NCBI GenBank assembly: GCA_029953675.1
Contig: JAMWBK010000009.1
Location: forward strand, 434,001-498,000
Length of the DNA stretch: 64,000 nt
Origin: Rhodosorus marinus CCMP1338
Taxonomy: Eukaryota; Plantae; Rhodophyta
Reading direction: 5' to 3'
Part shown: positions 36,952-49,942 of the stretch, in pieces
Position numbering within the stretch: position 1 is the first letter of the stretch
Layout: the number at the start of each line of letters is the position of its first letter
Made by a program: the position numbers and the translations under genes
The notes under the pieces: generated by a model
What the model saw: the letters and a program-made list of their open reading frames with translations, nothing else
What the model was told of the DNA's origin: nothing
Databases searched by the model: none

Positions 36952-38158
36952 TCAGAAGACTTCATCTGCATGCAGATAGTACCTGTTTATGAACGTGTTC
37001 TTGAACTCCTGCACGTTCGGTTCCTCATTTTGGGGGTAAAACTTGTACGCCTTGAGCGTCCTCAGAGAATCCTTCTCCTCGGTTGACATATTATCGATCT
37101 CCTTCTTCATCGCTTCGCGCTCAGCCTTTTGCTTCATCTTCGTCGCTTTGACTTGCTTCTTAATCTCATCTCTCAGCTGTGCCTCATACTTTGCACCATC
37201 CAAATCCTCCTCCTTGAGCTTCTCCGGAACGAATTCGTCGATGTCATCCAGCTCATAATCGTACTCGAAAACAAGAGGTTTTCCACCATCGACAAGATCT
37301 ACCATCATGTTGATGACAGTGTCCGGCACCTCTTCCTCCTGCTTCTCTGGGAAAAAGATGTCTGCTCATCCAGCAAAGCACCGGGAAGGGACACCAGAAT
37401 TTACAGAAACCGAACAGAAGCAAAAACTCAGTTCACTGGCCAATTTCAGCGGGCATCATTCCTCATTCTCTCATGGTTTGTTCGTATTCTTACATGGAAG
37501 AACGTATTCGTATTGCTTGAGTCGATCAATTTTAAGGTTCTTCAAACCCGCTCGTCGCTGTTCGCATTTTAACACATACAATCGTTGACTCTTGGCTCCT
37601 CGTATTGGGTCCCTAGAGTGTTTCAATTCATGCAAACCAGATCCTGATGAGTTCTTTTGCTCGGGGTTCTCAGGCCGTTTAAAGAAAAGCGGAGAGTCCT
37701 CAAGCTTGTAAGTGCACTTACACCCCGGGTGGAACCAGCGGATACCACCCCATCTTCATCCTTGACATAGGAAGGATCTCTTCTTCAACCCGCTGAACTG
37801 ACTTTATGCTGACTGTAGACGGTGGTGCGAGCTTCGAGCTGACTACAATTATCACTGGGATGGGGATCACTGTTCCAGATGGATGCTCTTTTGTGTTCAC
37901 CAGTTGCGCTGTCAGCAGCGGAGGCAATGTAATTTGCCAGAGTCAGAACCAGACGTAGAGACGGTCGAGTTCACTATTTTTTCAGAATGGCTTACGCTCT
38001 GTAGTTCCAAAAACAAAAAGCTTCCCATCCTTCAAATTTCCTTCGTTGATGGCGTCATCGAGATGTCCGAAGTCCCACGGGTACCTGTCCACGTCCGAAA
38101 ATTGATCCCATTCGGTTCCGGCGAGGTACACCTCCTTCCAGGCGTCTATGACCTGCAT
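36952..38158 (-). CDS. HIT4: HEAT-INTOLERANT 4 (HIT4)-like protein, multi-exon; 5' end uncertain
   Basis: GTEWDQ...WDFGHL..A, FVFGTTE, PPSTVSIKSVQRVEEEILPMSRMKMGW, FEYDYELD and YKFYPQ...FINRYY.HADEVF mirror the plant HIT4 blocks. Confidence 0.82.
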
Positions 38159-38479
38159 CGTCTCGCCCTAAACAAAAAGACCCAGTTATCTATTGATACA
38201 TGAATCCAGGACGCGACCTCAATCAATGCCCATCTAATGCCGACCAACCCAAGACGGCATCACCGCCAAGAAATGGATCCAATCCTCCGATCCGGTTGGA
38301 AACAGTGGGGATGGATATTCTTGCCAATGTTGTTTCGGATCTGAACAAGCTCTACTTTGAACAGTTCTCCACATCGATATCATCAGTTAGGAATTTCAAG
38401 AACAGACCCCAAGCCTCTCCCTCAACAAAACCCAAAGCAAGCTGTCAATTTTTCCTCCCCCCCCCATAATGACTGAAGA

Positions 38480-38790
38480 GTAACAAATTATATAAATTCA
38501 AAATCAACGACGGATAAAAAACAACTGAAAAGCCGCCTCCAGTCATTTAGAATCGCCAGATACTGGAAATCCGTATTCAAGACCGAAAATTGCGAACAGA
38601 AATATTGTACAAAAGAAAAATAAAAGAATATCAATCTTTATTATATTAGATTCTGGTAAATAAGCACAAGTGCTGTCGTTGGTTGAGCAATATCCACAAG
38701 CACAAGCTATCCAGGGGTATGCAAGCTGGAAGAAAATATACTTTTGAAAATAATAAGTTTTTAGATACCTACATAGTTTGTAGTTTGGAT
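38480..38790. promoter_or_regulatory. AT-rich bidirectional promoter region (HIT4 / UMP1)
   Basis: AT-rich island between divergent genes. Confidence 0.55.
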
Positions 38791-39039
38791 AGGAAGGGGG
38801 GGGGGTAGAATTAGATGGAAAAGGATGGCTTGCTTTTGGGAGCTTCTTGATAGTGCAGATGGTCAATGAAGGAAAGGATGGAACTCTTTGGCATGGAGGG
38901 CGCGGGGTTGGTGACTGCTCTTGTGGGACATGTGTTAAGTGAGGAAAGCTAGTGAATTGAAGATCTGGAGTAGTCACTGCTTAGTCCGTATAGATTTGTT
39001 GGACATCTGGATCGTTGATCTTTTCGGTGGACGAGAAAG

Positions 39040-39651
39040 ATGGATGAGAAACGGGTGACAGGAGTTGAGGAGGATAGGGTGGATGTGATGCGGGATGGGC
39101 TTTCTGGGACTGTGAAAGCGGAGTTCGGCGCAAAGCATCCGGCTCAGGAAAGGTTGAGCAAGGTGAGGATTCTTATCTATTTGTTTTTTTCAATTGTACT
39201 TTTTCGTACGAGCGAACTCGCGTCTCCTCGGATTTGGTCCCTTGCTTTCTGTGGTTGTTGGGTGTAGAGCGTCTCTGACTTATTAGTATTGACAAATTTT
39301 TTGAAATGACTGCCTCGTTTAAATGAGGCTACGCTCAAATTCTGAACTCAGCCGCTTTCTTCGATTCCTCTGGACGTGCAGGACCGTGAACAGGGGATCA
39401 AGACCAAGCGGGAGATGCTCGCAGCGACTTATGGAACATACTTCCCAACGAAGCTAATGATTGAACAAGAAATACTCTCGAGCTTTCATAGGCTACCCGG
39501 GTTGGAATCCGAATACGTAGGCCTGGAGACTCTTTCAAAGCGTGATCTGGACATTGACTTTTGTGACGTTTACGGCAGGCCCGAAGATTCGGCGGAGTTT
39601 GCCTCTTCTGATCTTCACCACGAGATGGAGAAGCAGTTGAAGCTGAAGTAA
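39040..39651 (+). CDS. UMP1: Proteasome maturation factor UMP1/POMP (2 exons)
   Basis: DVMRDGL, HPAQERL, YGTYFPTKLMIEQEIL..FHRLPGL and DIDFCDVYG...HHEMEKQL motifs. Intron 39162-39351. Confidence 0.9.
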
Positions 39652-39843
39652 AGAGATTACGTGGACAGATGGAAAAGTAAAATGACAGTCGAATACATGA
39701 CCAAAACTTTTCATGTCCTCTTTTCTTTGAATTTTCCAGCTCAACTGACTCGACTCCAAACGATCCGCCAAAAGCCAAAGCCAAGGGGCAAACGAGTTAC
39801 TAATTATTCACATTATTAGCAGTTAATGAATAGCTGAACAATC

Positions 39844-41222
39844 CTACCAGTCCAATCGATCGGATTCGTCTGAATACTGAGCGGCAATCCCGCTCTTGCC
39901 CTTCCTAGCCTTTGTGGGAGCATCCTCCGGGGTTCGATACTCCATTCCAACGTAAGATCGCCTTTGTAGCTCTGCGGCTGCTGATCCCTGTCCTCGAACA
40001 TCTTGCACGCTCCAGTCCCCTCTGTTCGAAACATCAGTCGACGTGGTTCCTTCCCGGCTTTCCTCAGCTTCATCTTCGAGCTAAAGAATATATAGGCAGA
40101 AGCAGTTATAGTTAGTCTCTGAATTACTCAGCGACACTGCCGTTAGTAATTCATTCGCATTCGTACCTTCAGGTTTTCAGAAAACGCCAAGTTGAAATCT
40201 GCAGAGTACTGCAGCGGATCCAAATGGTCGTCGTCTGTAAGCGCCACGATCAACTCCATTGGGGTTATGACGGCCCGGTCAAAGCCCTTCGGGGAGAGGA
40301 GCGAGTTCTCCGGGCACGCGATGACTATGAATACCTCGATCTCTGGAAAGTTTCGCAGCTTCTCAAGCGTGGGCTTTCCCACGCAAATAGTGTACGACCT
40401 CCGCTCCGCCTTTTCTATGACCTTCTGACACCTGGCTATGGCTTGGCTCTGGCCGCTAACGGACAGGGTGCCTGCAACTATCCCATAACGATGCGCATGC
40501 CTGGCCTTCTCGACCACCGCGAAGCGCTGGGTGATAACCCTTCCCACGGCAACGGAGTGGTCTGCATCCGGCGCCTCCGGATCGAAAACATGTACCAAAT
40601 GCGCACTAAGACTCACCGCAACGCTCCGTAGGGTGCGTGAGTCTGCTGATCCCACCCAGATGAATGCCAATCGACCTTCCTTAGGCGCGGACGCAGTCTC
40701 CGGGATGACGTAACGACCAAATTTCCCAAACCCCAAAGATTCGTGATGCTTGACGATCTTATTCAATTCTACAGATGGACTAGCGACCACCGCTGCAGTG
40801 AAATCTCTCACTTGACCGAAGTATCGCAGCTCCGGAACAACGACAACCACTGCTTGAGGCTCGGAATCTCGGATTTTCGAAACAAGACCCTCGAGAAGCG
40901 AGTAGTCCACTTTCTCAATACTTTTCTCAGGGACATACATGACAGGCAAAGTCCTTGTTGGAGACAGGCACGCGTGACCAAAGTGAACAACAAGATCACA
41001 ACTCACATGCTCTGCCGCTACCTCGTCAACGCAGCAGTCCCCGTACGACGTATCGGCAAGAACAAACAGTTCCACGTCGTCTCCAATTCTCCTCTTCAGC
41101 GCACTCTGTACATCCCAAACAGACGGCAAAAGTCCATCCGGAAACTGAAGCGCTACGCGCTTTGCTCCGAAAGAAGAAATCTCCGAAGAAATTCTTCCCG
41201 CAACCAGATCGTCATCTTCCAT
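39844..41222 (-). CDS. DPH2: Diphthamide biosynthesis protein 2
   Basis: ALQFPDGLL, LADTSYGDCCVDEVAAEH, VVHFGHACLS, KLRNFPEIEVF..IACPE and C-terminal RSYVGMEY...GKSGIAAQY.DE, which is typical of Dph2. Confidence 0.88.
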
Positions 41223-41479
41223 GATTAACACCGCCTCATCAACGAGCCAACGCTCGGGATGCTCACAATACCCTTGGCATCAGCATACTCATCCAGAGGC
41301 TCCGCCAGAGGAATATGCCGGCACTCTGCTCATCGCCATAGATAGCTCCGAAAGAAATCTTAAGTCAGCCCATTCCCTGACAGTTCGTCGGCGTCTCGAG
41401 AGTGCAAACTTTGTTCACCAGTTCTCAGTCCTCAGCACACCACTGAGCGGATTGCTCGAGCTGGGGGATGTCTCACGGG

Positions 41480-41990
41480 AGTATTGACTTCATCATAAAA
41501 TAAACATGGATATGTATTTGTAGACGATTCTCACTAACCAGTTAGCCTCTCCCAAAAAAAATGTAGACAAAAGCCTAGTGAAAACCCACCCCCCTCACCA
41601 CCATCACATCCGAAATTGACTAAATAAACTCGAATAAAAAATACAATAAGAGCACATCAATCTTTAACCCCGGCCTGGCGCACGGTGACGCTTTCGTCTA
41701 TTTCTCTAATTTCATGAAAGTGTCACCTCCAAGAAACCTCATTTTTGGTTTGTTCCGAAAACTATACATCATATTAATGAATAAAAATATTTATCAATCT
41801 ATTATATTGACTGAATAAAACGACTCTTAACCCCTCATGATCTGCACATCCCGTTACCCATATCTAAGCGTCAATACGAATTATTAGAATTAAATTTATG
41901 ACTTAGATTGAGTAGGCAATAATATTAATTTATTTGAATAGAAGTATTGTTTTTGATTGATATTTGTTGACTCTTAAGGACTCAATTTGC
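41480..41990. promoter_or_regulatory. AT-rich bidirectional promoter region (DPH2 / SPPL)
   Basis: AT-rich island between divergent start codons at 41222 and 42102. Confidence 0.6.
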
Positions 41991-42101
41991 AATTCGGTAT
42001 TGGGGTACAATGTGTCTGGAAGCTGCTGGGAGGGAAGGGGGAGAACAGAGGGAAGATGGGGGTTTGGATGGATCCTTGAGGTAGCGTTTAGGAGATTAAA
42101 G

Positions 42102-43870
42102 ATGGGTAGAATAGACTACAGAGTAATCTGTATCACAATATGGATCAATATGATTGTATTTGGAGGAGCGGAACCCGTTGTTGTGGTTTTGAAAGGCGGA
42201 GAGGAGGTGTGTGGGCTGTACAATCCCATGTTTAGTGCTCTGCCTGCAAGGAGCGGAAGGGTTCGAGCGTCTCAGTACGTTAAGATGACTATTTCAGAGC
42301 CATTGAATGCTTGTGAGAAGCTGGTTGGTGATGGGTTTTCGGGGAGTGCTGTTCTGGTCGAGCGAGGAGAATGCTCGTTTGCGGAAAAGGCGCAACATGT
42401 TGAACGGGCAGGAGGAAGCCTGGTGGTGGTAGAGAACACGGAGGATTCCTTTATCACACCTGTCGCGAATGCGAGCTTGGGAGAGTACGACGAGGTCAAT
42501 ATTCCGGTGGTCGTCGTGAATCACGCTGGCGGGTTGGCATTACGCGCCAGGGACGATGTTCAACTGAAGGCGTACGAAATCGTTGAACCAGCGTGGTTGA
42601 CTGTAGGGGAGGAGTTTGCGTCTGTAGTCGCAGGGTTGATCGGTGTATTCGTTGTTGTTTGCGGATCAATTTTGGCCACCAAACCCAACAAACGGGTAAG
42701 CAACCTCCCCCTCTCCCCCCCCCTCTTCTTCTCATACAACCTCATGCCCAGGTGCGCTTATACACTCAATAAATTCTGCTCTTTGCTTTTCAGGGCCCCT
42801 CCAGGCCTTCTTCAAGCGTCGAGAAAGGGGGAAATCCTGAGAAAGGAAATGCTGGGGCGATTGTTATCCTTGACCGACCAATCACAATTTTCTTGGTCAT
42901 GAGCGTGCAGTTGGTGCTCCTCTACCTCCTGTACGACTACGTTGTACGTATTGTTATTATCTGTTTTGCGATTGGTGCAGGGGGTTCCCTCTTTTTTATT
43001 CTGAGGCAGTTCACGAAGCCTGAGGACCCCGACGTACTGGTGATCCCCCGTTTGGGACTTCAGGCAACAGCAGCTGAAATCGTCCTCACGGCCTTGGCAA
43101 CAACACTCCCCGTTCTCTGGTACAGTTTCCGGCATTCATCGTGGTCGTGGATCCTTCAGAATATTCTCGGCATTTTCCTTATGTTGTTTGTGATGCAAAC
43201 GCTCAAACTACCGTCGATCAAGGTGGGAGTAATCCTGCTTTCTTGTTTATTCCTGTACGATATATTTTTTGTATTCGTCACTCCGCTCTTCACCTCAACC
43301 GGAGAATCCGTGATGGAGCGAGTCGCCAAAGGAGGTCCCACCTCCAGTGAACACATGCCCATGATGATTGTCGTCCCTTACCTGTTCAGCCCTCCCAGTG
43401 TAAGTTTCTCGGCACTCTTTCGATCCGTGAGGAGAAAGTACTTGACCTGAATACGTGCTAACTGAGGCTGTGATTTGTTCTGTCTAAAACAGGCCTGCCT
43501 GGGAGGAAGAGGCGCTTCGATGATCGGGTACGGTGACGTTATCGTGCCCGGTTTGTTCATAGTCCGACTACGTGCTTTTGAATTGAAGGCCGCGAGGGGA
43601 CGCAATGGTCAAGAGGCTCCTTCCTACTTCAAAGGCGCGGTTATTGGGTATGGAATTGGGCTTGTGCTTACGATACTGGCGTTGCGGTTGATGGATACAG
43701 CGCAACCCGCGCTATTATGGATTGTCCCGTCCATTGTCGTTTCCGCGGTGGTTGTGGCCGCTCGGAGAGGAGAGCTTGCGATGATTTGGGCGGAGAACAC
43801 GGACAATCCGGCTCCGACTGCTGTGGATGCAGAGGAGGCTACACCTGCACTGGTCAGCGGCGACGGCTAG
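42102..43870 (+). CDS. Signal peptide peptidase-like protease with PA domain (SPPL2-like), multi-exon
   Basis: Signal peptide, PA domain (LVERGECSFAEKA), catalytic LYDIFFVF and GYGDVIVPG, and QPALLWIVP. Confidence 0.93.
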
Positions 43871-44230
43871 GCCCTTGACAAGACGGTTGTGGGTTAGAAC
43901 CCCCCATAAACTTGAATATACAAAAGCGTTTTAGCGGCGGGGAAAACCCGCGCAGTGTCAATAGCCAGAAGCACAAAACTAAACCAACGTTATGAACTAC
44001 GATGAGTACTACGAGGGAGGCGTCCTCAAAGCTTGATTATCATTTCTCGACAGTGAGGCTATCGGTTACTGCAAGTTGGATAGCCAATCCGTCAGTTGCA
44101 GGAAGAATGAAACGATTTAATTCGCCGCATCGGAGTGATCAGATGAACGAAGAGGCCAGGAACTTCCAAAACTGCCTCAGCGGGCAACAAGAAAGTTTCA
44201 AACCTGTATGAACCATGTTCACGTTGACCC

Positions 44231-46740
44231 TCAGTTCTTCTTCACAATGTCCACGGCATCGTCTTCGTATTCCTCCTCCTCTTCCTCGTCCACCAAATCC
44301 ATCGATCCACGGTTGAACAGCTTTGTCGACACGCCTTTGAAGATCTGATTGATTCCTGGGAGCGGTTGCAATTCTCCCAGTCCCGCCATGCTTGAGTATC
44401 GCTGATGAGCTGCCAAATTTTCAAGGAAGTGCAGAGGTGTTCAGAGGAAACAAAAATTGGTATGTAGCTAGTCACTTTGCCAAAGTCCTTGCAAACAATT
44501 GACGGGCAGCTTACATATATCTCCCTCGCCCTCGCCGTCTTTTCCACCGGCTGAAGAGAAGCTGCTCTCCTCGGAGTACAGAATCGTTCCCTGTGTCAGT
44601 CCACGTATAAGATGCGCGGATCTGGAAGTATTCATGGTCGTTCCTGTCTCGCCAGTTACCGATCCATCTGCGTCGAAGAACGCTCTCGCGATTCCGTTCG
44701 TTGTATCTCCTGCCGATTTGTAGTAGTAGCTTCCGTCCTGGATCAACCGACAAGCCTGCACAGCAAAGCAGCAAAAGAAAACGACCAGTCGGCGAAAATT
44801 TTAGCTTCGAAATCAAACAGATGATCGCGGACAAAACGAAAACCACCGGTCTGGAACGTTGTCGTACCGTTTCGAACGTAAGCCCTTGGCCGACCAACGA
44901 CCATACAACAATCGTGTAGGTCATGAGAAAGAAGATATTGCCTGACGCAGAACTTATTGGTGACATAGTTCTAACAAAAATATCAAGCAGGGGAGAGGCC
45001 GGATTGTCGAAAGTCTCCTCTGTGAGCTGCATTCATCGAGATTCATGTACGATTAAACCAGCGACTATACTAGCCACTGGGAACCGACTTACCGTATCGC
45101 TCCCAAGGCGAGGGCGATCGTCAATCCTCCCCGAAGTCCACCCCATGTTAGAACGCCAATCGTCCCCGCTCGATAACGTACCTGCAAGTAGTGTGCTTTC
45201 AAAAAACCAGCTGATGGTGAAAGGTGTAGGCGACTGCGTTGATAGGAAATGACTTACGCTCGGATGTCGAAGTCTCCGTCCTAACAACTTCTCAGCCCAC
45301 AAAAGCATCGACAAAGAAAGCGTAATGCTCATCGCTCTCGAAAAAAGCGAGATGGGAATGATAGCAAGCATCATGATAAAGTACTTGCCCCAGCCAAGTA
45401 TCTACAATGAGAGCGGAAGAACCATGCAAGCTAAGCAACGATGATTCGGAAGTGGGTCTAACAAGGTCTGCGGTGCGTCAAACGTACGTCAGGCTGCCAG
45501 TAAATAGACATCAGTCCGATCATGAGGAACAAAACAGAGTTCAGCGTCTCGTCTATGAAACGCCAAAGTTGGTGAAATCCTTCAGCACCTTCTGGCGAGA
45601 ATCCGAATTCCTATATGCACGGAAAAAATTGATCATCATTCTCGTTAGGATCGAGCGACATCTACGGCACGACCGCGCCAGGTAAACGCGGAATATACTA
45701 CTGAGGCCCGTACCAGTCCATAATTTCCAATTAACAAACCGGCACAGATTGTAGCGAGCGGGATCGAAGCTCCGAGCTCAAGACACACTACCTCCAGCAT
45801 ACCGACCAGCACAATAGTTATAGTAATCTCCAGAACTGGCTCTGAGACTGCCTGGATGAGTAGGTACGCCATGTAGCCCATCACCAGGCCCAGTACAACA
45901 CCAACCTGTTTGAGGGGATACGAGAGTTTGAGCTTTCTAAATCAATCCTTTTCTTATCGGGTGGCTCCTTTGTACGGCGTTCCAGCGTACCACACATTCT
46001 CTCAGGAACACTTCAACGACTGCCCATAGCCTATCACTCACTGGCGCGTCGCCATGAACGGTAAAGTTGAGCATTCCGTAGTACAGGACCACACCTACTG
46101 CATCGTTGAACAGAGATTCACACCAAACAAAGTACCGCGTTGACTCGGAGATGAGGTCTGGCTTTTCGTTGAGTATGGAGGTTACAGCGACAGGGTCGGT
46201 TGGAGAAACAACTGTTCCGAACAACAGACAGATAGCGAAAGGCAACGGAACGATTCGTCGAAGCAGTAGCCAGGTCAGAGTTCCGACAAACAGAGTACTT
46301 AGGACAGTCCCACCAAGAGCGAGGGTTATGACTGTCGAGCGAACCTAATGGATGGGCGGAGCGAAGAGAACATAAGCGCTTTTTGAGCTTGCTGACCGCA
46401 TGAAAATGACCCAAGTGAGGCTCTGAGCATTTCGTACTCGGCCAAGCCGACCGAGATCAACCTCAATCGCAGCGGCAAACAATAAAAACCCGAGCATGTA
46501 GTCCATCACCAGCTCCGGAAAGTTCCGCAGGATATTCCGAAGAGCTCCCAGCGAGGAGGCGATATCCGAGTTCACCGCCTGCAGCAACATCAGCGCACCA
46601 CCCCAAACTACAGCGGACAAGGCCGTTACCACCGAAGGCGCCAGTTTGATATAATGATAATTCACCACCCGAATCAGTACCGTCCCGGACAAAAGGTACA
46701 TGATACTAGAAAAAATATCAGTCCCATCCGCATGTTCCAT
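44231..46740 (-). CDS. CPA1 Na+/H+ antiporter, bacterial NhaP type, with long C-terminal tail; multi-exon
   Basis: NYHYIKLAPSV, MLGFLLFAAA, LFGTVVSPTDPVAV, ESLFNDAVG, LTWGGLRGGL and TYTIVVWSLVGQGLT motifs, then an S/T/acidic tail. Confidence 0.88.
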
Positions 46741-47852
46741 GTTGGCTCTCTCTTCAAGATCCAGGAGAGCGTCAAACACTACCTCGAAACCAGAAAAATA
46801 AATGAGTCCCAGATCTCCACTATAGACCCCTTCCAAAACAACATGCAAAGAATCTAAATGAGGTCTTCCCTCGAAAGCTAACCGCAACTGCTCGGCCGCA
46901 AAGATCAAAAGTCAAGTCCTCTTCTTCCAGCTCGAGACATAGCGATACCCAGACATCCCCATCCAGACCTAACGGAAATTTGCCAGAATGAACCAACTTT
47001 AGTTTTTTGTTCTTAATTTAGAAGAGGAAATTGAGTACATGTATACCCCCACGTTCGCTAAATATTTTCATCATTATTTGTTATCGTAAATTTTATTGAC
47101 GTATTTCTTCCTTCAGATATTGTTAGACAGGGGTGGTAGGTGGGTATTGGACGTATGTTTGGTATACTTTGTTTGGGTATAGATTTGGTGTTGCTTAGGT
47201 GTCAAAGTGACCAGAAGCGAATCTCGAAGTTGAGTAAACTTTCCTCAATAGAGTCGGAGCCCGAAGGCTTGTGAGCGTCCATTTATCCTGTCAAGGAACT
47301 GGAAATAAACTCGATCAGTGGGTAACTGCCCTTTAGAGATTGCGGTTAGATCTGGTCTCCGGCGTTGTCGCTCATTTCGTAGTCTGCTTCCCTGACCGTG
47401 ATCCTCCGGTCTTTCATCTTTTTTCTTTCGGAACTGAATCTACCGTCTTCATGGAACTGATCTCTAGTAGGTCCGAGCATCCAGGAATTCTCTGCTTTTA
47501 CATAACCCGTATTGTACATAAGGAAATCTGGCCCCCCGCGGCGGCTCCTAGTGCTCCTTGTCGCGAAGTTGGACCTGAACTAACTTTCATCCCAAACGCG
47601 TCCTGGACCGTCCTTGTTATCTAAACCCTCCCCTGCCATGTTGCCAAGTTACATTTGAAGTACGTCGCTGTCCGCGATTATAGTTCGTTCCCCAAAAAGC
47701 GCACGTCGGTTGTTCCCACTGACTACGAATCCTCTTGAATTTCTAGACAACTTGCCTCATCCTTGCACCCCTCCACCTGTCATAGTGTTAAAATGCTCTT
47801 CGTCTATTGTTCTATGGGGAGGATTTCAGCTTGTCTTCTGCCACAGAACATG

Positions 47853-48630
47853 TTAGCTATTCTCATCAACCGGAAATGTTGTCGAATCCATGTCCTCTTC
47901 ATCTTGCATCTCACGAAACTCCTCTGGACTGATCGGCCGGAATGCTTCAGTGCCAACTTTGTTCCCAAAGCTACAGATAAGACCACAGACGACGAATGAG
48001 TCAGGCTCACGTTTCCGTCTAAGATTGAGGTCGTTTCCGGCGTCTATCTCACCTGTCGTAGTAGTATGCCACATTCGAGAGCTGCCAGTCCAAAAGGGGG
48101 TCCACGTAATACTTATCAGCTGCGTTGGGAGGGACAATTCCGTACTCCATCTCCAACTCGCCGAACGTTTCGACGTTTTTCAAATTTACAAGCTCCGCAT
48201 CACCTACAGGGCTGATCAAAGTTCCCAAAAGTCGACGGGCAGATTTGAGAATCCACCCACCAACTAGAGTAACCAAACCGGTGCCCTCTTTGCCCAGCAA
48301 ACGTTTCCAAAAAGTCTCCATGTCCTTCCAAAATTGCTCATCAATAACTATTACAGTGCTCGAAGCCATGTCACTCCACCGCAGAGTTTCACTTGGGGAT
48401 GATCCATCTCCAGACGATTTTTCGGAACTCTTGTGTCCCTCGCCTGTTGATCGTGAGACCGAGTACCTCACTCTGCGAGGATTTGGACAGTGTTCCGTAT
48501 CCTTCTCACCCTCATGCACGCATAGAACAACAAGCCTTCCATATTTACAAGCTAGAGCGCGCGGCTTCGTACGAACCAGCCCTGCAGACACTGCAAAGGT
48601 CGAGAACCCCACACAACGCCGAACATTCAT
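47853..48630 (-). CDS. Hypothetical protein with probable plastid transit peptide (2 exons)
   Basis: ORF 48049..48630 splices (GAC AG|gtgaga...tgtag|C) in frame to FGNKVGTEAFRPISPEEFREMQDEEDMDS...*. The N-terminus is R/S/A-rich with an early GF. No family recognised. Confidence 0.65.
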
Positions 48631-49667
48631 CCGACGTTTTCAACCAGCATGACACCTTGCTTCAGAAATTTTCATTCAAAGAACCAGGCCACTCCCAGCA
48701 AGAAGTAGCTCAACGCCAAACACCAACAGCATGAAAGTCCCCAGCAAGACACAGAGACGAAAAAAATCTCCCCGTCGACAAGGAAGACAATCGCAGCTAC
48801 CGAAAAACCGAACACAACGGGCTCCAACAACACCGTTCGGAATTGTAAACCAAAAAAGAAAAAACCAAAGCTGCCCAGAGGGACTTCAAAATCCTAAAAC
48901 CGAAGCGCTAGTGAGCAAAAAAGCCAGCAAGATTTTCATTCCCACAAAATCCCCCCAATACCTAAGAGACTTCTCTTTCCAAAAACAAAAGCGAAAACTA
49001 CTCCTCAACACTCTCAGATATTCCCACTCAACAAGATATCGATGAACGTGACCAACCGCTAAATTCCCCAAGCTGGAAAGTACGAACAAGGAACAAGGCC
49101 AAAGTTGTAGCGAACGATCTGTTGACGGAAGTTATCACCCCGTATAGCTAGGATCCTTGCTCACCGAACAAGACCAGGAGACGAAGAGAGAAACTAGTAA
49201 ACCCTCTTGTGGAGATATGTACTTCGGCTTGGTAGAGAGTGCTGCCGCCCCAAGGGAGCTTGGAGTTAGATCAAGAGTTTGGTTCTCATGTTAAGGAGGA
49301 AATCCGAAACAGCTGAGCTGCCTGGGTCCGAACTGGTAACCTCAGTGATGTCAGCGTCGCCTGCTTAGACAGGATGTTCCTTGTTTCCATCGAAGATCAG
49401 GATGTTGGCACGTCGGTCGCATCTCGACGGTTGGTAGTAGTTGTCAGCAAAGCTTCCTACGCCACGAGGAAGGTGTGCTTGGTATTTTGACTGACAAAAT
49501 GGGACTTGGCGAAGATCAAACGATCTCCTCTTCGGAATCAGGGATGCGCTTTGATAAAGAAGAGCGGTGCCCTTGACATCAACCCTGGCCATCGTGCGCT
49601 AGCTCATCGCTGAGCAATGGCTTCTAAAGGGAATCTAGAGGCTAAAGTGCCTTCAAGGTTGAGAAGC

Positions 49668-49766
49668 GAGCTGGAGGCTTTGAGCTCCAGAGCATTCGTC
49701 GAGCTGGAGGCTTTGAACTCCAGAGTATTCGTCGAGCTGGAGGCTTTGAGCTCCAGAGTATTCGTC
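49668..49766. repeat. 33-bp x3 tandem repeat
   Basis: GAGCTGGAGGCTTTGA(G/A)CTCCAGAG(C/T)ATTCGTC at 49668, 49701 and 49734. Confidence 0.95.
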
Positions 49767-49942
49767 AAGGCCAAGGTAGAAACAGCTTGTTAATTTTAGA
49801 AGCGGCAGCAGTCCGGTGTGAGGTACTTCTATGTCCAGACTTGGACGTTTGGATCTTCTTCCGCATGAGTTTGTTTTCAGGTTTACACGTTGTGCGGAAT
49901 TTTGTTTTGGTGGAGATAGTCGGGAGTCAGATAAAGTGAAGG

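Noticed and set aside
41670-41700. TGGCGCACGGTG resembling a Pol III A-box or tRNA start
   Set aside because: No B-box (GGTTCGANNCC) and no cloverleaf.
46110-46130. NhaP motif reads WCESLFND instead of GESLFND
   Set aside because: The functional E and ND are retained. A single substitution is not evidence of a novel mechanism and might be a base-call error.
47231-47250. GAGGAAAGTTT on the minus strand resembling RNase P/MRP CR-I
   Set aside because: No matching CR-V element or P4 pairing found downstream.
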